From Candidatus Merdivicinus excrementipullorum (lineage in GTDB: Bacteria > Bacillota > Clostridia > Oscillospirales > Ruminococcaceae), in assembly GCA_018716725.1 (NCBI GenBank), contig DVJP01000030.1, positions 17,407 through 81,406 of the forward strand: a stretch of 64,000 nt of DNA. Reading direction: 5' to 3'. Position 1 is the stretch's first letter. Every line of letters starts with the position of its first letter. This document shows positions 7,673-16,645 of this stretch, one piece after another. Under the pieces are notes generated by a model. It had not been told where the DNA came from. It did no database searches and was given only the letters and a program-made list of their open reading frames with translations. Both the position numbers and the translations under genes were made by a program.

Positions 7673-9968
7673 GGCGGCCCACCCTGAAATCGCCTTTGAG
7701 CTTATCACCATGAAAACCACCGGAGATAAAATCTTAGACCGGACGTTAGATAAAGTGGGGGGCAAAGGGCTTTTTGTCAAGGAGCTGGACCGGGCTTTGC
7801 GGGACGGCCGGGTGGACATTACCGTCCACAGCCTAAAGGACGTGCCCATGGAAACGCCGGAGGACCTGCCCCTGCTGGCCTTCGCCAAACGGGGGGACCC
7901 CCGGGACGCCTTGGTTCTGCGGGAAGGGATTTCCGCCTTGGAACCGGGCATGGTCATCGGCTGTTCCAGCGCCCGGCGCGTCCTTCAGCTGAAAACCCTC
8001 TATCCCCAATGCACGGTGAAGCCTGTGCGGGGCAATATTGTCACCCGGTTAAAAAAACTGGATTCCGGGGAGTTTGACGCCCTGATTCTGGCGGCGGCGG
8101 GCCTTGACCGGATGGACTTTTCCCATCGGGCCAGCCGGTATTTTGAACCGGATGAAATGATCCCGGCGGCGGGCCAGGGAATTTTGGCCATTCAAGGCCG
8201 GGCAGAGGGGGATTACGCCTTTTTAGAGTCCGCCGACGACCCGGAAGCCCGGTGCTGCGCTTTGGCGGAGCGGGCCTTTGTACGGGAGCTGGACGGCGGA
8301 TGCAGTTCCCCGGTGGCGGCCTTTGCCGTGGTTTCCGGGGAAACCGTAATCCTGACGGGGCTTTATCCCAACCCGGAAACCGGGGAGGCTATGGTGGACA
8401 AAATCAGCGGGAAAACGGCGGATGCGGAGCATTTAGGAATCTGCCTTGCCCGGAAAATGGCCGGCAAAACCGGCAAAGTCTGGCTGGTGGGGGCAGGCCC
8501 CGGGGATCCGGGTCTCTTTACCGTAAAAGGGCAGGAACTGCTCGCCCAGGCGGAAGTGGTGGTTTACGACCGGCTGGTGGGGCCGGGAATCCTGGCCCGC
8601 ATCCCCCGGACGGCCGAGGCCATTGACGTAGGCAAAAAGTCCGGGAACCATCCGGTGCCCCAGTGGCAGATCAACGAAATCCTCCTGGAAAAAGCCCTGG
8701 AGGGCAAACGGGTGGTGCGCTTAAAAGGCGGCGACCCCTTTGTCTTCGGCCGGGGCGGCGAGGAGCTGGAACTGCTCATTGAACACGGCGTCCCCTTTGA
8801 GGTGGTGCCGGGCATTACCTCGGCAGTGGCGGTGCCCGCTTACAACGGCATCCCGGTGACCCACCGGGACTGCACCACTTCTTTCCACGTCATCACCGGC
8901 CACACCCGCAAAGGGGAAGGGCCGTCTGTTGATTTCAAAACCCTGGCGGCGCTGGACGCCACCTTGGTGTTCCTCATGGGCCTGTCGGCTTTGGGGGATA
9001 TTGCCAGCGGGCTGATTTCCGCCGGTATGGACGAAAACACCCCGGCGGCGGTGCTGGAAAAGGGCACCACCGCCCATCAGCGGCGGGTGGTTTCCACTTT
9101 AAAGAACATCGAAGCGGAAACTCGGGCGGCGGAGATTCAATCCCCGGCCATTATCGTGGTGGGGAAAGTGTGCGCCTATTCCGAACAGTTTGCCTGGGCG
9201 GAAAAACGGCCCCTGGGCGGCGTCCGGGTGCTGGTGACAAGGCCCCAGGAATCCGCTTCGGCCCTGACCGGAAAGCTCACCGCTTTGGGGGCGGAGGTGA
9301 CGGAAATTCCCTCTATCGAAACAGTGCCCATTCCCGATAACACCGCCTTGCGGGACGCTTTATCCCGCCTGCCGGAATTCCAGTGGCTGGCCCTCACCAG
9401 CCCGGCAGGGGTCCGGATTTTCTTTGAGGAACTGCTTCAAAACGGGCTGGACACCCGGGCTTTAAGCGGCTTAAAGATCGCGGCGGTAGGCTCCGCCACA
9501 GCGGCGGCCCTGCGGGAACGGGGCATCCGGGCGGACCTGACCCCCAAAACCTACGATGGCGCCCATTTGGGGGAAATGCTGGCCAATGAAACCGGGAAAA
9601 TCCTCCTAGTCCGGGCGGAAACCGGTTCGCCGGAGCTGCCGGAAGCCTTGAAAAAAGCCGGAAAGGACTTTGAGGAAGTCCCGGCCTACCGGACGGTGTT
9701 CCGGGCCGACGGGGTCCTTTCCCCGGAGGAATTTTTCACCGGCCCCAAAGACTTCGCGGCCTTTACCAGCGCGTCCACAGTGGAAGGCTTTGTCCGCCGG
9801 GCGGAAGGTATGGATTTTGCCAAGGTCAACGCCCTGTGCATCGGGGAGCAGACGGCCCGCAAAGCCCGGGAGGCCGGGATGCAGGCGACTGTTTCCCATG
9901 CCGCCACCATGGATTCCATGGTGGAGAAATTGCTGGAAATCGCGGCGGGTTCCCGTCCGCAGAATTGA
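7590..9968 (+). CDS. hemC/cobA/hemD: trifunctional fusion: porphobilinogen deaminase + uroporphyrinogen-III C-methyltransferase + uroporphyrinogen-III synthase
   Basis: The N-terminal part is HemC-like (IRVGSRESALAVAQT). The middle is CobA-like (VWLVGAGPGDPGLFTVKG, VPGITSA). The C-terminal part is HemD-like (VLVTRPQESA...). It is a single uninterrupted ORF. Confidence 0.85.
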   Translation: MEKRIIRVGSRESALAVAQTKLVLNQIEAAHPEIAFELITMKTTGDKILDRTLDKVGGKGLFVKELDRALRDGRVDITVHSLKDVPMETPEDLPLLAFAKRGDPRDALVLREGISALEPGMVIGCSSARRVLQLKTLYPQCTVKPVRGNIVTRLKKLDSGEFDALILAAAGLDRMDFSHRASRYFEPDEMIPAAGQGILAIQGRAEGDYAFLESADDPEARCCALAERAFVRELDGGCSSPVAAFAVVSGETVILTGLYPNPETGEAMVDKISGKTADAEHLGICLARKMAGKTGKVWLVGAGPGDPGLFTVKGQELLAQAEVVVYDRLVGPGILARIPRTAEAIDVGKKSGNHPVPQWQINEILLEKALEGKRVVRLKGGDPFVFGRGGEELELLIEHGVPFEVVPGITSAVAVPAYNGIPVTHRDCTTSFHVITGHTRKGEGPSVDFKTLAALDATLVFLMGLSALGDIASGLISAGMDENTPAAVLEKGTTAHQRRVVSTLKNIEAETRAAEIQSPAIIVVGKVCAYSEQFAWAEKRPLGGVRVLVTRPQESASALTGKLTALGAEVTEIPSIETVPIPDNTALRDALSRLPEFQWLALTSPAGVRIFFEELLQNGLDTRALSGLKIAAVGSATAAALRERGIRADLTPKTYDGAHLGEMLANETGKILLVRAETGSPELPEALKKAGKDFEEVPAYRTVFRADGVLSPEEFFTGPKDFAAFTSASTVEGFVRRAEGMDFAKVNALCIGEQTARKAREAGMQATVSHAATMDSMVEKLLEIAAGSRPQN

Positions 9969-10126
9969 CGTGATGTCCGGATACCGTTTCGGGGATTCAG
10001 CGCCGAAACCGGTGATCCGCCGGCATTGCGCTCCCGCCGGTTTTGTGCTATTATATCAGTGGGTTCATCAAATAAACGGAGGGCCGGAAAATCCGGCCCC
10101 TGCATCTTAGAAAAGAGGTCTTTTCA

Positions 10127-11119
10127 ATGGATTTTTCGCAAATGCTGGAACGTCCCCGCCGCCTGCGGGGCAATCCCTTAATTCGTTCCATGGTCCGGGA
10201 AACCCGGGTGTCCAAATCCTCCCTGATTTACCCCATGTTCGTCCGGGACGGCAAAAACATCCTGGAGCCTATCCCTTCTTTGGACGGCCAGATGCGCTGT
10301 TCCGTTGACCGGTTGGGCGATATCCTGGAGGATGTGGCCAAGGCCGGGGTGAAAAACGTCATGCTCTTCGGCATCCCCGACCACAAGGACGAGGTGGGCT
10401 CCCAGGCTTACGCCGAGGACGGCGTGGTGCAGCGGGCTTTGCGCTTTGCCAAGGAGCACTACCCGGAGCTTTACCTGATTACCGACGTCTGCATGTGCGA
10501 ATACACCTCTCACGGGCACTGCGGCGTTCTCTGCGGCTATGAGGTGGACAACGACAAAACCCTGCCCCTGATTGCCAAAACCGCATTGTCCCACGTCCAG
10601 GCCGGCGCGGACATGGTGGCCCCTTCCGACATGATGGACGGACGGGTCCTGGCCATCCGGCAGGAACTGGACAAAAACGGCTTTGTTTCTACCCCCATTA
10701 TGTCTTATGCGGTGAAATATTCCTCCGCCTTTTACGGCCCCTTCCGGGAAGCGGCCGGTTCCGCCCCCTCCTTCGGCGACCGGAAGGGCTACCAAATGGA
10801 TTTCCACAACCGGAAAGAAGCTTTGAAAGAGGCGGCTTTGGACGTCCGGGAAGGCGCGGACATTTTAATGGTGAAGCCCGCCATGAGCTACCTGGATATT
10901 GTCCGGGAAGTGGCGGACAATTTCGACCTGCCGGTGGCGGCGTACAGCGTCAGCGGCGAATACGCCATGATCAAGGCGGCGGCCAAGGCCGGGCTGATTG
11001 ACGAGGCGGCGGTGGCCTGCGAGGCGGCGGCCAGCGTGTTCCGGGCGGGAGCCGGCATTCTGCTGACCTACTACGCCAAGGAACTGGCCAAATGGATTGA
11101 CGAAGGGAGAATCGGTTAA
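10127..11119 (+). CDS. hemB: porphobilinogen synthase (ALA dehydratase)
   Basis: RPRRLR, DVCMCEYTSHGHCG (Zn Cys triad) and VKPA motifs. Confidence 0.95.
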   Translation: MDFSQMLERPRRLRGNPLIRSMVRETRVSKSSLIYPMFVRDGKNILEPIPSLDGQMRCSVDRLGDILEDVAKAGVKNVMLFGIPDHKDEVGSQAYAEDGVVQRALRFAKEHYPELYLITDVCMCEYTSHGHCGVLCGYEVDNDKTLPLIAKTALSHVQAGADMVAPSDMMDGRVLAIRQELDKNGFVSTPIMSYAVKYSSAFYGPFREAAGSAPSFGDRKGYQMDFHNRKEALKEAALDVREGADILMVKPAMSYLDIVREVADNFDLPVAAYSVSGEYAMIKAAAKAGLIDEAAVACEAAASVFRAGAGILLTYYAKELAKWIDEGRIG

Positions 11120-12397
11120 ATGACACGTTCGGAACAGGTTTTTGCGGAAGCCCAGAATTACATCCCCGGCGGGGTCAACAGCCCTGTCCGGGCCTTCCAG
11201 TCGGTGGGGAGCACCCCCCGGATGATCGCCCGGGCGGATGGGGCGAAAATGTTTGACATCGACGGCCGGGAGTATGTGGACTTTGTGGGTTCCTGGGGCC
11301 CCATGATTTTGGGCCACAACCATCCTGCCGTCCGGGAAGCCGTGGTGAAGGCGGCAGAGAATGGCCTGAGCTTCGGCGCGGCTACGGAAATCGAGGTGGA
11401 AGTGGCGAAGCTCATCTGCTCCATGGTCCCCAATGTGGAGATGATCCGCATGGTCAATTCCGGCACAGAGGCGGTGATGAGCGCCATCCGGGCGGCCAGA
11501 GGCTTTACCAAGCGGAACCGGATCATTAAGTTCGCCGGGTGCTATCACGGCCACAGCGACGCTATGCTGGTGAAGGCAGGCTCCGGGGTTATGACCAGCG
11601 GCATTCCCGACAGCGCCGGAGTTCCGGCCGCCTGCGCCGCCGATACCCTGACGGCGGTTTACAACGATCTGGCCAGCGTTGAGGAGCTGTTTGCCCAGAA
11701 CAAAGACGAGGTTGCGGCCGTTATTGTGGAGCCTGTGGCCGCTAATATGGGCGTTGTAGAGCCTGCCCCCGGATTCCTTTCCGGGCTTCGGGAGCTTTGC
11801 GACAAAAACGGCGCGCTGCTGATCTTTGACGAAGTCATTACCGGGTTCCGGCTGGCTTTGGGCGGCGCCCAGGAATATTACGGCGTCCGGGCCGACCTGG
11901 TCACCTTCGGCAAAATCATCGGGGCCGGGATGCCCGTGGGCGCATATGCGGGCCGGCGGGACGTTATGAGCATGATTTCTCCCAAAGGCAGCGTTTATCA
12001 GGCGGGAACCTTAAGCGGCAACCCGGTGGCTATGGCGGCGGGGCTGACCCAGCTGACCATTTTAAAGGAAACCCCGGCGGTTTATGAAAAGGTAAACAAC
12101 TTGGGCAACACTTTCCGGGCGGAAATGCGGAAAATGGCGGCGGAAACCGGCGCGCCCATTACCGTCACCGGCGTCGGCTCCCTGTCCTGCGTCTTTTTCA
12201 CCAAGAATCCGGTGAAAAATTATACGGACGCCAAGACTTCCGACACGGCGCTGTTTGCGAAATATTTCCTCCATATGCTGGACAAGGGTTTTTATTTCGC
12301 GCCCTCCCAGTTTGAGGCCATTTTCCTGTCTGCGGCCCACACCAAAGCGGACTTGGATGCGGCAGTAAGGACAGCCCGGGAATTTTTTACAGCTTGA
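11120..12397 (+). CDS. hemL: glutamate-1-semialdehyde 2,1-aminomutase
   Basis: IPGGVNSPVRAF and FGKIIGAGMPVGAY (PLP lysine) motifs. The ATG abuts the hemB TAA. Confidence 0.95.
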   Translation: MTRSEQVFAEAQNYIPGGVNSPVRAFQSVGSTPRMIARADGAKMFDIDGREYVDFVGSWGPMILGHNHPAVREAVVKAAENGLSFGAATEIEVEVAKLICSMVPNVEMIRMVNSGTEAVMSAIRAARGFTKRNRIIKFAGCYHGHSDAMLVKAGSGVMTSGIPDSAGVPAACAADTLTAVYNDLASVEELFAQNKDEVAAVIVEPVAANMGVVEPAPGFLSGLRELCDKNGALLIFDEVITGFRLALGGAQEYYGVRADLVTFGKIIGAGMPVGAYAGRRDVMSMISPKGSVYQAGTLSGNPVAMAAGLTQLTILKETPAVYEKVNNLGNTFRAEMRKMAAETGAPITVTGVGSLSCVFFTKNPVKNYTDAKTSDTALFAKYFLHMLDKGFYFAPSQFEAIFLSAAHTKADLDAAVRTAREFFTA

Positions 12398-12510
12398 CCT
12401 AATCATTTACGCGGCGGCCTTCCTTGGCATAGGAATGTGCCGGGGAAGCCGGCTGCGTGAATGCCTCAGGATGCTTTAAAAATTTATCCGGCTTTTTTTG
12501 AAAAAAATTC

Positions 12511-12539
12511 TTGCTATTTGCTGCAAAGTATGCTATAAT
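12511..12539 (+). promoter_or_regulatory. sigma-70-type promoter for tRNA-Pro
   Basis: TTGCTA, 17-nt spacer, TATAAT, ending about 12 nt upstream of the tRNA 5' end. Confidence 0.6.
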
Positions 12540-12550
12540 AAATAAGTCGT

Positions 12551-12626
12551 CTGGGTGTGGCGCAGATGGTAGCGCGCTACCTTGGGGTGGTAGAGGCCGC
12601 TGGTTCAAATCCAGTCACTCAGACCA
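12551..12626 (+). tRNA. tRNA-Pro (anticodon GGG), CCA encoded
   Basis: Hand-folded cloverleaf: acceptor CTGGGTG/CACTCAG with a C1:G72 pair, D arm GCGC..GCGC, anticodon stem CTACC/GGTAG with loop TTGGGGT, T arm GCTGG-TTCAAAT-CCAGT, then A73-CCA. Confidence 0.9.
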
Positions 12627-12755
12627 GGCGGCGAATCGCCGCAGATAAACGCGCACTCACGTTTCGTGGGTGCGTTTTGTTTTTATCCCGCGAAGGGACA
12701 AGGATAAATTCGGTGGATGTACGGCCTGGAGCAGAACGCGCTCCGGGTCTTTTAC
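12623..12755 (+). repeat. tRNA 3'-flank direct repeat, copy 1 (includes terminator)
   Basis: About 130 nt, near-identical to 12812-12940; starts within the tRNA ACCA end. Confidence 0.85.
12651..12685 (+). terminator. rho-independent terminator after tRNA-Pro
   Basis: Stem CGCACTCAC/GTGGGTGCG followed by TTTTGTTTTT. Confidence 0.75.
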
Positions 12756-12811
12756 TTTGTTCTGCGTGAGTGTCCCGCGCTGATAAGGGGTCTCTTTTAT
12801 GAGGCCCCGCA

Positions 12812-12940
12812 CCAGGCGGCGAATCGCCGCAGATAAACGCGCACTCACGTTTCGTGGGTGCGTTTTGTTTTTATCCCGCCAAGGGACAAGGATAAGTTCA
12901 GTGAATGTATCCTGGAGCAGAACGCGCTTTAGGTCTTTTC
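12812..12940 (+). repeat. tRNA 3'-flank direct repeat, copy 2 (second copy of the terminator at 12840-12874)
   Basis: Starts with ACCAGGCGGCGAATCGCCGCAGATAAACGCGCACTCACG. It shows only a few substitutions and a short indel relative to copy 1. Confidence 0.85.
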
Positions 12941-13050
12941 CGCTTTTTTCGTCCCAAAAGCAGCTAAATGGTAGACTGCAACCTTATCAATGAACTTCCG
13001 CAGGATCTCCGGCGTTACTTTAAAAATACCTCTGGCAGTCCGAATTTTTC

Positions 13051-14208
13051 TCAATTCAGACAGCCGGAGGTATCTGCATATCTTTGATTTGAAAAAGCGG
13101 TTCTGTAATTCATATTCTCCCGGTAAGTTTCCACAGCATAGACGTAGTCCTCGAATTTCACATTGGGGGTGACCGAGTGGTCTGTGCCGAAGAAATATCT
13201 GGCGCCTACTGCTTTCATTCCGTTCAGTATCCGCAGCGTTTCCTTTTTGATTGCGGCATGGTCGCCGTCCTCCAAAACCCGTACATCCAGCCCGCCAACA
13301 AAGGCGAAATCCCCATGATGCTTTTCCGCGAACCGCACCACGTCGCAGCCCGCTTTCACTTCCATGGGGTTTAGGGCGTCGATTCCCATTTCCGCGAAAA
13401 AGGGCAGAGCCGCCTCAATATTGCCGCAGGAGTGAAAAATAACCGGCATATTCCGCTTATGGAAGTAATTGACGATTTCCTGATAATAAGGAAGGTACAG
13501 CTCCCTTAAAACCTTGAGAGAGCAGAACAGCCCGTTTTTGTAGCCCAGGTCATCGTAGAGGAATGCTCCCTGAGGCTGTTCCGTCAGTTCAAACAGCCGG
13601 TCCAGGTGGGCAATGTAAAAATCTGTGTATACCCGGTTGAAGTCGTGAATCCAGTCCGGATCCAGAAGCAGGTTTTCAAACATAGCCACATCGCCGGCGC
13701 TTTCCCGCAGGGTTTCCCACAGGCAAAGCTGGTGGGTCGTGGTAAAAGCGTCTTTGTCTTTGCAGTATTGGATAGCTTCCCGCACGCCCTCTATCCCCAG
13801 CCGTTCATCATCAACGGACAGCAGATGCTGGCGGTACTCTTCGTCCCATATTTTTCTTTCCGTCATGCGGAAATCAATGTGTTCCGGGGTGCCGGAATGG
13901 TTTTTCCACAGCTTGAATACCGCGCCGGCGCCGTTCCGGTAAGTGTACCACTCGTCGGTTTCTTCCAGGATTTCCCTAACCCTGCGGTAAGGCAGATGGT
14001 CAATAAAACCGCTGGTCCCCACAATGTCCAGCCCAAAGTACTCCGTGGGAGAAATGGAGACTTGCGCGCCGGTTTCCGGGTCCGATTTAGTCAAATGCCC
14101 CTGCGCCTGCCAATTCTGAATGGTTTCCGGCCAAAAGCTCTCATACAAGCCGATAAATTCCGCTTTGTTCCCCCTCAAAAAGGCTTCTGCATTTTCTTTG
14201 CGCGTCAT
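13051..14208 (-). CDS. uroporphyrinogen-decarboxylase (URO-D) superfamily protein, MtaA/CmuA-like, function unknown
   Basis: Start taken at MTRKEN after an AGGAAAGG RBS. Homologous along its length to 50050-51126. Motifs HSCG, EVKAG, GGLDVR, TDHS. Confidence 0.7.
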   Translation of the reverse strand: MTRKENAEAFLRGNKAEFIGLYESFWPETIQNWQAQGHLTKSDPETGAQVSISPTEYFGLDIVGTSGFIDHLPYRRVREILEETDEWYTYRNGAGAVFKLWKNHSGTPEHIDFRMTERKIWDEEYRQHLLSVDDERLGIEGVREAIQYCKDKDAFTTTHQLCLWETLRESAGDVAMFENLLLDPDWIHDFNRVYTDFYIAHLDRLFELTEQPQGAFLYDDLGYKNGLFCSLKVLRELYLPYYQEIVNYFHKRNMPVIFHSCGNIEAALPFFAEMGIDALNPMEVKAGCDVVRFAEKHHGDFAFVGGLDVRVLEDGDHAAIKKETLRILNGMKAVGARYFFGTDHSVTPNVKFEDYVYAVETYRENMNYRTAFSNQRYADTSGCLN

Positions 14209-14243
14209 GCAAAATCGATCCTTTCCTAAACCTGCCGTTTCGT

Positions 14244-15470
14244 TTACCAGTTGTTGACCAGTTCCATGGCGATCTGCTCCCATCTCACCAGGTTTTCCAG
14301 GCGGTAGCTGGCGGAGCTGATATCCTTTAAGACAATGTCGCAGCTGCACCCGTTGCGCTTGCAGGCGGCGATGGTGCGGCCGATTTCTTTCCGCAAAGCG
14401 TCCTCGTCCAGAACGCCGGAAGCAACGGAAGCCGGGTTTGGCTTATTGGCCACCACATATTTTTTGCCGATGATTTCTGTGGCGGCGTCCACGTCCGCCC
14501 AGGGAGTGACGCCGATTTTCCGCAGGTGGGGCAGTTTTTCCACAATGTCGATCTTCCTGTCCAGCGGCTCGCAGCAGCCGTAATACACCAGGCCGAAAGG
14601 CTCCATGACCTTCTTCATGTAATCAATGTCGAATTCCTCGTGCATGGACTTGGAAACCGAGGCGAAAATCTGGGCCATGCCCCGGCCCCAGATCTGGCTG
14701 CGTTTCACCGGGCCGCCGTCCAGCTTGCCAGGCAGGGCGCTGTTTAGTGCGGAAGTGCTGTGGATGTCGATGGGGTTTGCCTCGTAAAGCCCCAGTTTCT
14801 CCATCTGTTCCGAAATGCTGATTTCGATTTCCGTAAATTTCTCAATGATTTTGTGGCTGAATTCCGGCCGTTCCGCCAGGTCGATGAGCAGAGGTGTAAC
14901 CCCCCGCAGGGAGGAAATCTGGTCCCACATGGTGATGTAGGAGTTGTGCCCCACGATTTTTACCGGCAACACGTCCCCGATGGCGTTGGCGATTTTGTTG
15001 AACCGGGCTATGGTCCCTTCCTCATCGTAGGAAAGCACAGGCGTGTGAAGCTTGGCCACATCTTCTTCCGTGGCCAGCTGGTCCTCGTATTCATGGGCGA
15101 CAATCCCATTATTGGCGTCCGTAGCCAGGGTTTCCTCGTGGACGCTGACGCCGATGCCGGTGCTGGTATAGCCCTTGTACACCGGGAAATAGGGGGTCAG
15201 GATCATGTCCCCGGGGAAATGCTTCCAGTGAAACAGCTTTTTCCGCAGGAAATCCTCTACGCCGCGGAAGGTTTCATCTTCGCATTGGAGGGTCAGGGAG
15301 CCGTCCACATTCAGCTCGTGGAAGGGGATCTCCTCAATGAGCACCACCGGCCGGATCATCTTCAGGTCGTTTACCGCCCGATGGAGGACCCGCCGTTTGT
15401 CGTTTGCCTCCGACTGGCTGGCTTCAAAGTACTCCGCCGCTAATTTTCTCAGAATTTGAATATCGTTCAT
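14244..15470 (-). CDS. uncharacterised protein, possibly a distant URO-D-like TIM barrel
   Basis: Start taken at MNDIQILRK. The C-terminal architecture resembles the URO-D family tail. Forms an operon with 13051-14208. Confidence 0.5.
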   Translation of the reverse strand: MNDIQILRKLAAEYFEASQSEANDKRRVLHRAVNDLKMIRPVVLIEEIPFHELNVDGSLTLQCEDETFRGVEDFLRKKLFHWKHFPGDMILTPYFPVYKGYTSTGIGVSVHEETLATDANNGIVAHEYEDQLATEEDVAKLHTPVLSYDEEGTIARFNKIANAIGDVLPVKIVGHNSYITMWDQISSLRGVTPLLIDLAERPEFSHKIIEKFTEIEISISEQMEKLGLYEANPIDIHSTSALNSALPGKLDGGPVKRSQIWGRGMAQIFASVSKSMHEEFDIDYMKKVMEPFGLVYYGCCEPLDRKIDIVEKLPHLRKIGVTPWADVDAATEIIGKKYVVANKPNPASVASGVLDEDALRKEIGRTIAACKRNGCSCDIVLKDISSASYRLENLVRWEQIAMELVNNW

Positions 15471-15611
15471 ATTAAAACACTCCCTCGATTGATTTCCTAT
15501 CTTTTCATCCAGCCGAAGCGATTCTATTTTTGATTGCCCGGCTCGCAATAAATCATAAAATGTGATATAATGAACCTGTACCATTCTAACGGATTTTAAA
15601 GGAGCAAACTT

Positions 15612-16451
15612 ATGAATCAGGCCTCATATATCCTTCAAAGTCAATTTCGCGAAATTACGCTCAGCGTAAAACAGGCGCATTTTTTTAAAGCAAGTACGGA
15701 TTGGCAGATGGGTGATTTAATTCCGACATTCAGCCACATGGGATTCATTTTAAAGGGAACCGGTACCATGATGGTAAATCATCAGGAAATCCATCCTTCC
15801 AAAGGACAGCTTTACTTGCTGCCTGCCAAAACCAAACAAACCATGTTTACGGACGCCCAGAATCCATATGAGCTCTATTATTGCCACTTTAACATCGGCA
15901 GCTGTGGAACAGAATTATTTGACTCTTTGAATCTCCCCCTTTGCATCGATGTCAAATATCCTGAAAAAGCGATTTCCCTGTGTGAAAATATCATCCAGGC
16001 CCTGGAGGCTCAGACACTTACTTCCTTTATTCAATCAAAGCAGTACATGCTGAATCTCATTTCCTGCTATTTGGAATCTTGCCCGGAGGACAGCGTTTCC
16101 TTTCAGGAAAGCCTTCAGGATTCCCCCATTGCCCAGGCCATTGCCTATGCGGAGGAGCACTTGGACCAGTCTATTTCCGTCAAGAAAATGGCGGAAGTGG
16201 CAGGATACCATCCCAGCCATTTCGCAAAGCTGTTTCAGGAAAAGCTGAACATCAGCCCAGTCCAGTTTTTGATTCATAAAAAGGTTGATTATGCTGTCGA
16301 ACAGCTCACCGCCACTACCAGACCCATATCGGAAATTGCGGAAGCCCTGGGGTTCAGCAGCCAGTTCTATTTCTGCAATTTCTTCAAAAAGCAAACCGGC
16401 ATGGCCCCTACGGCATACAGGCAAATCTACTTCCGAAACGGCAGCAAATAG
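15612..16451 (+). CDS. AraC family transcriptional regulator (cupin sensor + HTH)
   Basis: C-terminal AraC HTH (ISVKKMAEVAGYHPSHFAKLF...GFSSQFYFCNFFKKQTG). Divergent from the URO-D-like operon. Confidence 0.85.
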   Translation: MNQASYILQSQFREITLSVKQAHFFKASTDWQMGDLIPTFSHMGFILKGTGTMMVNHQEIHPSKGQLYLLPAKTKQTMFTDAQNPYELYYCHFNIGSCGTELFDSLNLPLCIDVKYPEKAISLCENIIQALEAQTLTSFIQSKQYMLNLISCYLESCPEDSVSFQESLQDSPIAQAIAYAEEHLDQSISVKKMAEVAGYHPSHFAKLFQEKLNISPVQFLIHKKVDYAVEQLTATTRPISEIAEALGFSSQFYFCNFFKKQTGMAPTAYRQIYFRNGSK

Positions 16452-16645
16452 CCGGAACTGTTACATACTTAATTTAACACGCTTTCTTTCTGGAAGGAAT
16501 ACGATTTTTAAATCCGAATATATGATTTTTGAAGATTGTTGGCAGCCTGAGCCTGGCAGCAGAAAAATGGAACCGGCTGCTTACGCGGTTCAGACACAAA
16601 CAGCCGGTTTCAAATTTTTACTGGTGCGTCTCGGGATATGGGGGA

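Noticed and set aside
12731-12815. Degenerate second tRNA or tRNA remnant ending in GCACCA ahead of the second flank repeat.
   Set aside because: I could not fold a cloverleaf. No 5' strand complements the putative acceptor 3' strand, and the only hairpin (GGGGTCTC-ttttat-GAGGCCCC) lacks a T-loop.
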